NCBI RefSeq assembly: GCF_006345805.1
Contig: NC_043009.1
Coordinates: 54,312,001-54,376,000, forward strand
Length of the DNA stretch: 64,000 nucleotides
Direction: 5' to 3'
DNA from: Octopus sinensis
Lineage: Eukaryota
How positions within the stretch are numbered: the stretch's first letter is position 1; the number at the start of each line of letters is the position of its first letter. This document shows positions 52,652 to 64,000 of the stretch, piece by piece. The position numbers were made by a program, and so were the translations under genes. The notes under the pieces were generated by a model. The model had not been told where the DNA came from. It saw only the letters and a program-made list of their open reading frames with translations, and made no database searches.

Positions 52652-53416
52652 ATAAAACGGTAAGATAACAAAAGAAAGAAAGAGACCTCAATATTATGTA
52701 AATAGAGGAAATTTATCTATACAATATGTTACATTACTCGGTAGTCAAGATAAAACTCTGAGTTTCAGATGCCGAAGTGGAAATCCACAATACCATCTCT
52801 TCGGTTATCTTTGGCCCACGTATTTCTTCGTCGAAACGGTGTCTTTAGTGGTTTCGACGAAGAAATACGTGGGCCTGACAGAGGGTAATTTCAAGGCCAG
52901 GTTCAATAACCACACTTTGAGCTTTAGGCACTGGAACAAAAGAAAAGCGACACAATTATCCAATGATATTTGGTCTTTAAGAGATAAAGGTGTCGATTAT
53001 AACATACAATGGAAGATTTTGGCCAGATGTAAGCCCTATACTAACGGCAGCGGAAGGTGCGGTTTATGCGACATGGAGAGATGGCTTATCTGGAAAAGCA
53101 GCTTAGACCCTACCACATGTCTAAATACAAGGACAGAGCTTTTCGGATCATGCCCACATGTGACTAATATTTTTATATATTTTTATATATTTTTATGTAT
53201 TTTTATATAATTTTTATGACGAAAAATGCGAGCGATGTATAAGTACGCAGGCAAAGCAGAGTTATAACAGAGTAATTTCCCTTCATTTTTAACGGTATTT
53301 TTTCATAACGTTTTCAAATAGCCAGATAACCGAAGAGATGGTGTTGTGGATTTCCACTTCGGCATCTGAAACTCAGAGTTTTATCTTGACTACCGAGTAA
53401 TGTAACATATTGTATA
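52650..53416 (+). mobile_element. 5'-truncated/inverted Penelope-like element: GIY-YIG remnant between inverted terminal repeats, embedded in (TA)n
   Basis: ORF KKYVGLTEGNFKARFNNH...CGLC...CPH at 52851-53210; 93-bp inverted repeats at 52718-52810 and 53324-53416 with 1 mismatch. Confidence 0.9.
53324..53386 (+). ncRNA. Variant hammerhead fold (family C, CCGAAGA core)
   Basis: AGATAA-CCGAAGA-GATG[..GTGGA TT TCCAC..]CATC-T-GAAACTCAGAGT-T-TTATCT. Confidence 0.5.
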
Positions 53417-53442
53417 TATATATATATATAATATATATATAC

Positions 53443-53547
<105 letters not shown>

Positions 53548-53569
53548 ATTATATATAATATATATATAT

Positions 53570-53629
<60 letters not shown>

Positions 53630-53821
53630 TATATGATTTCATAGATTGTTCTTCTGAACAAAGTACGCACGACCTTACAAACGCATGGCGTCGAGACCAG
53701 TCTTGCTGCGTCGCACATTGGAAAGTGTTTTCTACAATAGACCCGAGGCGACAAATGCCTCGTGATATGGAAACTGCGTGGATGCCCGTTGTTTACATCT
53801 AAATGTATATATATAATATAT

Positions 53822-53861
<40 letters not shown>

Positions 53862-53988
53862 TTCAGCAATATTTAGATTCAAATGAATATGGCACTTAAG
53901 TTAGATTCACCAGAATTTTGTATGGCGTTATCCATATAAATCCATGGGGTGATCATAATCAAAATAAGCAACAACAATATCTCCATAA

Positions 53989-54074
53989 ATGGCTGATGAT
54001 TGCTCAACATTTTAAAACTGCTGTAATACTTACAATGTTTAATAAAATGCTGTAGCGTGAAACGATCGTACCAA
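53989..54074 (+). ncRNA. Hammerhead fold (family D) with long stem II
   Basis: GG-CTGATGA-TTGCTCAACATTTTA...TAAAATGCTGTAGCGT-GAAACGATCGT-A-CC; helix III palindrome ACGATCGT. Confidence 0.5.
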
Positions 54075-54123
54075 ATTACCGAAGATATCTTGTGGCTTAT
54101 TTTGAAGAATATATATATATATA

Positions 54124-54209
<86 letters not shown>

Positions 54210-56549
54210 GTGTATGCATGTTAGTATAAATACATACATATATATATTCTTGCCTATGTGCTTCTTTCGACGCCGTTTTGACGATCAGAGTTGGTATGTC
54301 TACGTGTAAATATCTTAGCGGTTCAGCACAAGAGACTGATAGATTAAGTGCCAGACTTATAAAATTAAGTATTTACTGCCCTCGATTTTATCGTCTAAGA
54401 ACCTTTGACATCGGAACCCCAACTTGGCCTCTGTCCAATAATTGAAATAACGGGATAAAAGATATAGCAAAGCTATGAAAGAAAATCAACGATGGCACAA
54501 TTAATACAAATAAATTTCAAAGGAATCAAACTACGTTTAACAGCAACAAAGATTTGTTTCATTATGTGTGTGCGTTACTTCTTGGCTGATAAACAGTAAA
54601 ATCCTCTAGAATTGTACACATACACAATGATAGCTTAATATGTCATGAACAGCAGTTATTTCTCTTCTTATTTAAATATCATACTTAGAAAATTCAAAGA
54701 ATATACTCAAATAATTATCCATATATAATATTCAACAACATCTATTTAATTAATCCGCTCGAGACTTTGACACAGTTCACAATGTTAATCGTTTTGCTAG
54801 TCACGTAGCTTGAGTCATTTCTGTATCATCTTTGATTCGTCGTTTGACTTTTAAAGACCTTCAAATTATTCTCCTAGATCGTTAACCTCTTAACATACAT
54901 GCAAGTATGCATACATACAAACATAGATACACACCACACAAGAACAACTTCTAGATTAACTATAAAAATAGTTACATTAATATGATCTAAATGCCAACGA
55001 TTCTGGTTTTGTTGAAAGACAAAATCGATCAAAAGTCTTCATATCTTGTCAAAATTCAATTCATTGTAACGATTCTCGGTATAATGTCGAAGAACCGTTT
55101 CAAAAGTCGGCTTTGTTCTGCTAGAGAATACTGTGATCTATGGAAAATAAAGCAATTCAAAAGTCTTCTTATGTATATCCAGAATTAGCTACATCAAGAC
55201 AAAATGGCGGATGTCTTTTCGTAAAACCTGTTATTAAAGACTTTCGTTGCGGTGAAGTTGATGTTAACTTTTTCCTGTTTATCGTACTGTGTTGCTTGTT
55301 AATTTTGCAGGATATAAAGAAGTAGCAGCAAGGTAACAGAGCGGTTTAAATCTTAGAACGACAGACTAAATACTTCTTTAATGATATTTAATTTCGCTAT
55401 AATTATAGGCCGCTTCGAGACCCATTTTTCCTGGCATATCGACAAAATAAGAACAAAATATAAACTGAAAATTACTTTACATATTTTCTGTTTGCAGATT
55501 ATTTTACTCAAACAGAATCTAATTTTGTAAAGTCGTTTTATATCCACATTCACTTATTCTCTCTTATGCAGTATGTACTACCTGCTAAATATTTGTATGG
55601 ATTAATGACTCCATTTTCATTTTTATCTTAAAAAATTGGTAAATTATTTTTAAATTAAAAAATTGAAAAACATCATGACTATAAATTTTGAATACTATAA
55701 GACTTCTTATTGGTATTAAAGACTCAAACTCATATATTTGTATATGACTCTGACTGAGATAAAAGAAAATGGAAAATAGTTCAAGATATTCATAAAAAAA
55801 ACAGTATTAAATAGAAAATAATTAATATCCAATATCTGATGAGATTCTGGTAATTTAAATTATCAGTTTTCTTAATTGAGAATCACTACAAGTTCCTACA
55901 CTTATAGATGTATAATCAATTTCGCTGTTTAGCTACCAGGTTGATTATTATACTGAACAGTGTTTCGAGTGGGTATGAGGAAGAACGGGCCGACAGCGGC
56001 AAATTTACCTTCTAAAGACGAGAACATTTATTATATTACCTACTATCAGAAATAACCGGTGTTGCCAGGGTTAAAGAAAATAATGGAATTCAAAAATTCT
56101 AACTAACATGAAATAGAAACTACGCAGGTCTCACCTCCTAGTAGATGAGATGCCAACTTTATACATTAATAACCCAACGTTTCCCAGGTTATTACAAATA
56201 ATGAAATTTAAGTATGCCTTTCGAATTTCTTAGTAAAATGAAATATGGATTATGCAGTTCTCAGCAGTTAGTACTTGAGGTACCAACTGTATATGTCAAT
56301 AACATGTTTTGTCCGATGTTCTCACTATTAAAATTGGTAAAAGAGCAGGTAGTACTTTGTCTTTGCAATCACCTTCAATTGTCAGTACTTATATGAAACA
56401 CGTTGAACCTGAAAATACATAAATTTGAGAAGCGCTTCCCTCTGGGTGTTCCTCTCCTGTTAATGAACATATTTAACAAAGATTCTATCAGATGACGTGG
56501 GTATAAACAAATATTTTGAAACAAATCCGGAAATCAATCACAGGTTAAT

Positions 56550-57710
56550 TATCTAGAGCTTCTAAATATACAACGTTTTGAGGGTCTTTTAATCGGTGTA
56601 TAAATGAAAAGATTTGTGAGGACTTCCAACTCTCGAACAACCTACATATAATTACCTATGAGAGAAGCAAGAAGAAGCAAGGTGAAGTCCAACAACATTG
56701 AGAGACTGTCCTTGAGATTTGTTTATTGACATAGGGAAACTTAGTTTTACTATGGACTGGACCTGTTTAAATTCAAAGGGGAGGTCATATGGGATTAACG
56801 GGATCTGTGGAATGAAGGTATCCTCACCCTTATAGTTTCCAGTCATAAATGTTTGCCTCTAGGACAAGAGTTGCATCGCTTTCAGCACCAGTTTGGTGCT
56901 ATTGCACAGATGAGGTGGATCCAGATACCTGAGCAGCATTATTTTTAAGTGATAAGGTGGTATTCCAGAGGGCTGTAGAGAGTACAGGAACTCAATTCGA
57001 AAATCTGCAGTTGATTTTGTTGACAGCATCATTACGTGGAGCTAAGATGGCTCGCTCACAGAGCCATTGACTGTTGCTAATGTTTTGTGCAATGTTTGGG
57101 AGCACATGAATTACGAGATCATTGACAGTTGGTAGCATCACACCACAGGGTAGCTGGTGTTCCTATATTTGGTGGACATATGGTAGTTGCTCATCCCCTA
57201 TCTTCAGAAGATGGCATGAAAACAGCCTGGCAGTTTGATCACCAAATAACTGGGACCTCATGTTAAGTGTCAGGTGCACTTTAGTCAACTGCCTTCACAG
57301 ATAAGATTGCTTGAGACAGACATGTAGTTCATCTGCGTTTGTACCTTTTGGGATCACAAGAAGGGTCTATTCGAAATTCCCAGCCAATACTACATTGACC
57401 CCCACCCACGAGAATGTCCTTTCCTCTCAAATCTCTTAGGCTACGGTCAACAGCCTCAAGTGCTCCACGGTGAGACATGGTGCATTCATTCCAGACAATA
57501 AAGCGCGTCTGCTGCAAAACCTTGGCCTTTGCTGCTGTCTTAAAACTGTTGCAAAATGAAGTCTCTGTCCAATCTAAATTAAAGGGAAACGTGAAAGTAG
57601 AACGAGCCGTTCGTCCTCCTGTCAAGAGAGTAGTTGCTACTCCAGAAGACGCTACCGCCAATGCAAAGCAGTCATCTAGACGGACTAACAAAAGGTTGAT
57701 CAAAAACGTT
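56550..57710 (-). pseudogene. Helitron RepHel helicase domain, frameshifted
   Basis: ORF fragments 57329-57703 and 56652-56846 plus intervening motifs in shifted frames. Confidence 0.88.
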
Positions 57711-57749
57711 TTGTCAGTATCCCCAGGAGCAGTATCTCATTCAATTAAT

Positions 57750-58400
57750 TGAAAAAGAGGCGTCTATCTCCGTATGAAATTTTTTTTCTCACACACACTC
57801 ACATAAACATATATCTTATATATAAAATACACCTATTGAGAATTGAAATTTTTGACGGAAATGAACCTTTACCTACGGATAGACAAATGGAAAGGTAGGG
57901 ACGATTATGGTGTAGAGTGATCCAGCTGTTTGGCCGTCCATAGAGGACACACACAAATATATGTCTTATTTATATGAAATAGACCTGTTAACATGTGAAA
58001 AAAAAGCCTCTACCTCCGTATGGAATCTACTTACACACACACACACACACAATAATATGTATTATATATATGAAACAGACTAGTTGAAATTTGAAAGAAA
58101 GGTGTCTATCTCTGTACTGAATGTATTTTCACACACACACACATTAGTATATAACTAAACAGACCTGTTAACATATGCAAAATATGCGTCTATCTCTGTG
58201 TAGAATGCATTTAAATACACATAAATATATATCTTATATATGAAGCAGACCTGTTGACATTGGAAAATGTTTACATCATATCTAAAAGAGGCGTCTATCT
58301 CCGTGTAGAATGTATTTACACACATAAATATATACATTATATATGACGCAGACCAGTTGACATTGCAAAATCTTTACATAAATGAACTTGTACGTACAGA
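57750..58400. repeat. Degenerate ~90-100-bp tandem repeat inside the Helitron 5' part
   Basis: gcgtctatctccgt...cacacataaa...atatatg..cagacctgtt recurs about 5 times. Confidence 0.7.
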
Positions 58401-59504
58401 TACACAAATAGAAAACTGGAAAAGAATATAAAAAAATGAAAGCACCTTTATAAATTCTTTTTTTATTAGGAATCGTCATGTGTAAAAAGCTGGTTACTTA
58501 GTTACTACGTCAGAACGCCAGACACAGGAAGTTGACATTGACAAAACGGTTTGAAGAAGTGAATCTTAATTATATATATATAAAGCAATATCATTTATTT
58601 CTCAGCGCATGACGCAATATTACTTATTTTTAGTAAAAATTAATAAATCAAGACGTAATACTAAGTTCCAGGTGAAATTATTCCTGTACCCCAAGTATAG
58701 TACAGATTGGTCTAGGGGTTTGGCCGTACATAGAGGTCACACACACAGACAACGTATTTTATATAGTTAGAAGATAATCCTATTCGGTTTCTGTAACAAT
58801 CCAGCAATTTGCAAAGGAGGATATTAGTCGATACCATCAACCCCAATAGGTGACTAGCACTTGGCTTTACCGACAATGTGTTTTCTTCTCTGAGGATGTA
58901 GCTGAGGTGTCGGCTAGTGTTGGTCGGCCACCTGGTCAGGGCAGGTGAGAAAATATCTTGCGGAGATGGGAACTGATTGGGGTACTGCTCAGAAGATTAT
59001 CTGGGAAGATCCGAGCAGATACCAACTAATGGAAGCTGCAGCGATGCGTGCAACAACGCATGCCTCGTACCTGATTTTACCTTCAATTCCTACCCATTCT
59101 TAATTTTTTGGCGGGGTTTCTTGTGCAATTATTTTACACGTCCTGCAAAAATGGTCTCCGCACTTTGTTGCCTGCATTATCCCTTTCATCTGATGTAGGT
59201 TTTGCTTTTGTTAAGAGCCCTCTAATATTTCGTGTTTGTCTTCGACTGTCACTAATTGTTACTTCTAGGACATGAGATGGGTCAAGATTCCTAAGCAACA
59301 TAATGGGAGAGCCCAGCTATAGTGTAGATGTGTGTGTGTGTGTGTTTAATAACGTACCTAACAAATGCGCAAACACACACACTCAGAGACACATACACAT
59401 TGATATACAAAATGTGACGACAGCCATATACATATAGTAAGACAAACACACACAGACATACATAGTTTTCCACCTCATTGTATTTGCCAGTCGTCACATA
59501 CGTA

Positions 59505-59815
59505 AATGTATGTGTAGTTGTGTTTGTGTCATCAGACCGACGTGCTTGCGGCGAAACTGGCCCTAGACCATCATTTCAACGCAAAGCACGAAGGTTGCGC
59601 AGCGAGGGCTAAGGTTCGTTCGCTAAGACACAAGAAAATGGAAACCGTTGGTTGGGCCCGAGTGGCAGAGGCAAAACGTAGCCGTAAAACCACAATTCGA
59701 TCTTTGGCGGATCGGGACAACCGAGTGCTACTCGATTCCAAGATGTGCGAGGATTTTCACCGGCATTTTGCTCAAAGTTTGGGGAAGAAGTGGCAGCACA
59801 GATCGCAGGATGAAA
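59505..59815 (+). mobile_element. L1/Tx1-clade LINE ORF2 fragment (post-endonuclease linker)
   Basis: KHEGCAARAKVR...WARVAEAKRSRKTTIRSLADRDNRVL...MCEDFHRHFAQ fits the EG..RSR / I..L...DG / FY..LY pattern by eye. Confidence 0.6.
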
Positions 59816-59874
59816 TTTGGAACATACATATACACATAGATTTATATGTATGTATGAATCTGCCTGTCTGTCGG

Positions 59875-59931
<57 letters not shown>

Positions 59932-60177
59932 TTATCTATCTATCTATCTGTATGTATGTATGTATTGACACGCACACTTTCACCACATAAATATGTGTAC
60001 TCAAATATATGCTTAAATATATGTAGCTATAGACCAAATATATGCATATAAAGGTGAATTTATATAGTATACATATGCATATATTTGGTCTAAAGATACA
60101 TATATTTAAGCATATATTTGAGTACACATATTTATGTGGTGAAAATGTGTGTGTAAATACATACATATAGATAGATG

Positions 60178-60241
<64 letters not shown>

Positions 60242-60404
60242 GATAGGTAGATAGATAAACAGACAGACAGACAGACAGGCAAGGAGACAGATAGGCAGAT
60301 TCATATATATATAAATCTATATGTATATGTATGAAAATTTATACGACCTATTTAAACGTATTCAGTGATTCTTCAACTGGTATGTTACTAATTATCTATG
60401 TATG

Positions 60405-60457
<53 letters not shown>

Positions 60458-60606
60458 CATATATATATAAAACTACTCCTAAAAATAAACACTGGCACAC
60501 ACACACACCACACACACACACACACATATATATATATGTGTGTATGTCTATATGTACGTATACATATGTATTACATCATATAAATAATTATATATATAAT
60601 ATATAT

Positions 60607-60645
<39 letters not shown>

Positions 60646-60660
60646 ATGTATGTATCTATA

Positions 60661-60726
<66 letters not shown>

Positions 60727-62393
60727 ACATGATTATATGTTTGTATACGTACGCTTTATAATACTGAATACGTGTATATTTTAAGCAGAAAATCGTAAGT
60801 TCTGGAATATAAAGATGGCAAAATAATGTTTAAATGAACAATATTTCTGATTTGGAATGGCAGACGTAATTATCCAGTTGTGTTTAATCTAGTCTGAAAT
60901 CGTCGAGCGCCAAATTACTTAAACACCGTATAAATTCCGAATTCTGGCAAGATGCAGAATGAGGATTATAATCTATATAGACTCTTATCGAAAAATAACT
61001 TAAGCGTTACTAACTACAGAGTTTTCGATGGCTAGACACATTGAAGAGGTTAACATTAGCGTAAAGCTTATTGGTAGTATCTGTGAATGAGCCAAAATAA
61101 AATATAGCTTTAACCAGATAAAAGTTTAGACAGAGACTAAATAGAATTTTAAATGTCGTTAATCTCAGCCGTAAATAACAAGATCAGAGAAAAACTGAAC
61201 CACATTATGCGATGGGAGAAGTTGAGAAGTGCATTCTTTTCCAAAAGTGTTTTCAGGTGAAAAGTGCTGTAGTTCATAAGGTCGGAAACCACTCGACTTC
61301 GTAGGTTAATTTTATCCACTAGATTTAATTTCTGTGGATTATTCTATCTACAAGATTTAATTTCTGTGGATTATTTTATACGCTTGATTTAATTTTTGTG
61401 AGACCCAGTGTTTGATGAAAGCATTTTTAGCTTTTGTTTAGCCTGAAGCAACTCTTGCGTATTAGATTTTGCATAATTTTAGCGGTGGATCCCCTTGCGC
61501 CACTGATAAGGAACCTAAGATGCTCGAAGGTAGGAAATAGTCACTGGCGTCGCAAAACTCGCCTAGGTTGGGATTTCGTTGACACCTTTGCCATTAACAT
61601 TCTTCTGGAGCAAATGTAAACTGGTGTGTGTAATATAATCGTATGCACAGCGGAAGGTTTAAAAGGTTAATATTCTGAGTATTTGGTATCAGCATTACTG
61701 CCGTATCAAAGACGCTGGGTATATTGCAAACGACAAAAGGAGAGGAGCCGAATGAGTTGGGTTTGGGTGAACTTGACTAAAAGCCACACCAGACAGGCCA
61801 CTATATGAGCAGGGGAACACATTTTCCTTTCTCTCTGTTCAGTGTAGCGATTGCGAGGACAAACACAGAAGGCAATATGTCTTTATGGCAAAGATTAAAA
61901 AATGTTTGCGAATAGATTTTATGGAAATTATTTGAGCAGCATTTTGTTGCAGCCATTATCCGCCTCACAGCAACTGAAAGTGTGAGATCCTTTCCGACTG
62001 AGCTTCTAGGATATGGACTGCGACGTAAATCTGGAGTGTGACGATACATGAGCATTTACTATTTCCTGAGGTGCACCTTGAATGACCGGAGAGAAATATT
62101 TCTCCATTTCTGTAGAAATTGACACTAAGATTTTCCACAACCTTTCCAACGGTGCAACGGAACTGATTCCAAAAGAGAGGGGTGAAAGAGAGAGCGAGAG
62201 AGAGAGAAAGAAAGAAAGAAAGAACTTGACTAGTATTTATTTATCCCGGAAAGACGAAATGGAAGAATTGGAAGTCGTCATGGTTTGAACTCATAATGTG
62301 GAGAAACGGAAAAATAATGCACTTCATCCAAAGCTTTAAGGGCTCTTCATATTCGCCGCTTATGCACATGTTACCACACAAACTCTCTCTCTA

Positions 62394-62425
<32 letters not shown>

Positions 62426-62557
62426 ATACACACACACACACATACACACACACACTGTCTCTCGCTCTCTCTCTCTCTATATATATATATACAAATTTCT
62501 CTCATCACTCTTCCTCCCTCTTTCTCTCTCTTCTACTCACATGCAGAAGCACGCAGT

Positions 62558-62609
<52 letters not shown>

Positions 62610-62611
<2 letters not shown>

Positions 62612-62915
62612 AAGCCCATGGCCTAGTGGTTAGAGCAGCGGACTCGCCGTCGAGGGATCGCGGTTTCGAATCTCATACCGGGCGATGTGTGTGTTTATGG
62701 GTGAAAACACCTAAGCTCAATGCGGCTCCAGCAGAAGGTAATGGCGAACTTCTGCTGACTCTTTCACCACAAATTTCTCTCACTCTTTCCTCCTGCATCT
62801 TGTAGCTCACCTGCGACGGACCGGCGTACCGTGCAGGTGGGGAACCTAAACGCCAAGGTAACCGGGAAACCGGCCCTTATGAGCCAGACATGGCTCGAGA
62901 AGGACAAACAAAACA
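62610..62915 (+). mobile_element. Full-length tRNA-derived SINE (same family as 12514)
   Basis: ggaagcccatggcctagtggttagagcagcggactcg...ctcgagaaggacaaacaa. Confidence 0.88.
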
Positions 62916-64000
62916 ATATGTATATATATATATATTCATACTCACGTGCTCTATATATTCACATGTGTACGTTGTATATATTTGTAGATCTGTTTTTATA
63001 TAAAATTGTGAATGTGTGTGTGTGTGTGTATTCTGTCACTGAAGCCAAAGTAGGGGTTATTTCATTTCAATTCCCAAAAGCTCGAAATATTTATATAATT
63101 CATTGATAAAAGATTCTGATATGAAATAAAAACTATTGTTTCAATACGATTTGCCCCATATATTGTTTCCTAATAAGAGATGAGATTGCATTTGGTCTTT
63201 CCAGCATTTATTAGAAATCTATAAAATATAAAATTCCTGCTCTGTTTGTGCTTCAAACGAGGGTGAAAATTTCAAGTATTTGAGGTTGAATTACAGGCGA
63301 AATCAAAGATGACTCATTGCTTTATTAGAAATCATAAAAAAAAAGACCAAAAAAATCTTCAACATTTATAAAGAAGAAATATGAGGATAAAAGTTTATAT
63401 AATTCAAAAGTGATTTATTTTTGGTATTTATGTTTGAACATAAACACACACTCGCACACCTATACATATATGTATGCTGCAGGTGAAAACTTGGCATGTT
63501 TCAACATAAGTTACAATGCTAATCGACTTTCTAATAAAATCAACTCACCTCCTGTACCTCCGTATAACTTTATCAAATGTAATAAATGCCCACCTGATGG
63601 CTATTGCCAGGTGAAGTCATGAATATACTGCGCTAAAGTATAACTTAGAAAGAATTGTCAGCCCAAATCTTACATTGGTTTGACTAAACATAATTTTAAG
63701 AGACATATTTATCAGCGCATGCATTAAACTGGAAAGAAAACGTTCAACTGTTTTACTGGCAAATATTCAGATTTTGAGAGTGAACCGTCCGCACATACAC
63801 TCAGTTACTTGCTTGCTGCCACCATGCACTATATCAGTCAAAACTAGAAAGATGCTTATTTTTCTCCGAGTATCCTGAACTTTTCAGTGTAAGATGTGAA
63901 CTTTGTCATCTTGTAAACAAGATATTAAATAAGTTAAATTTATTTATAACCCTTCTTTCATTGACAATGACAAAATTTATTAGATATTATATTTTGTTTG

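Larger units (their letters stand above)
56043..58774 (-). mobile_element. Internally deleted Helitron with pseudogenised PIF1-family helicase
   Basis: A|TCttctaactatataaaa 5' end at 58774; degenerate hairpin plus ATAG|T 3' end at 56043; helicase motifs LAVASSGVATTLLTGGRTA, VWNECTMSH, WLCERAILAPRND, MSINKSQGQSL, LYVGCSRV. Confidence 0.85.

Noticed and set aside
55834-55872. CTGATGA followed by a 10-bp hairpin
   Set aside because: No GAAA/helix III/stem I afterwards.

Overview
Eukaryotic, AT-rich, microsatellite-saturated genomic DNA. The SINE families recalled from memory point to an octopod cephalopod (inference). Only one host gene is visible: the first coding exon (minus strand, 4195-2813) of a class C GPCR resembling invertebrate GABA-B receptor subunit 3, with an unusually long (~375 aa) low-complexity insert between the signal peptide and the Venus-flytrap domain. 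Later exons are not recognisable in 1-2812 and presumably lie left of the window. The remaining ~60 kb contains tRNA-derived SINEs (at least 4 families), two Helitrons, LINE relics, three Penelope-like (GIY-YIG) fragments and simple repeats. Most six-frame ORFs are microsatellite artefacts. The main hidden signal is at least five distinct families of minimal type-I hammerhead-ribozyme folds, mostly abutting (TA)n tracts. The most striking is a ~330-bp palindromic, TSD-flanked, non-coding element (two copies, 27230-27554 and 42092-42427) whose arms carry outward-facing hammerheads with a swapped G3-C8 core and whose central spacer is inverted between the copies. All structures were derived by eye; none is computationally or experimentally validated.
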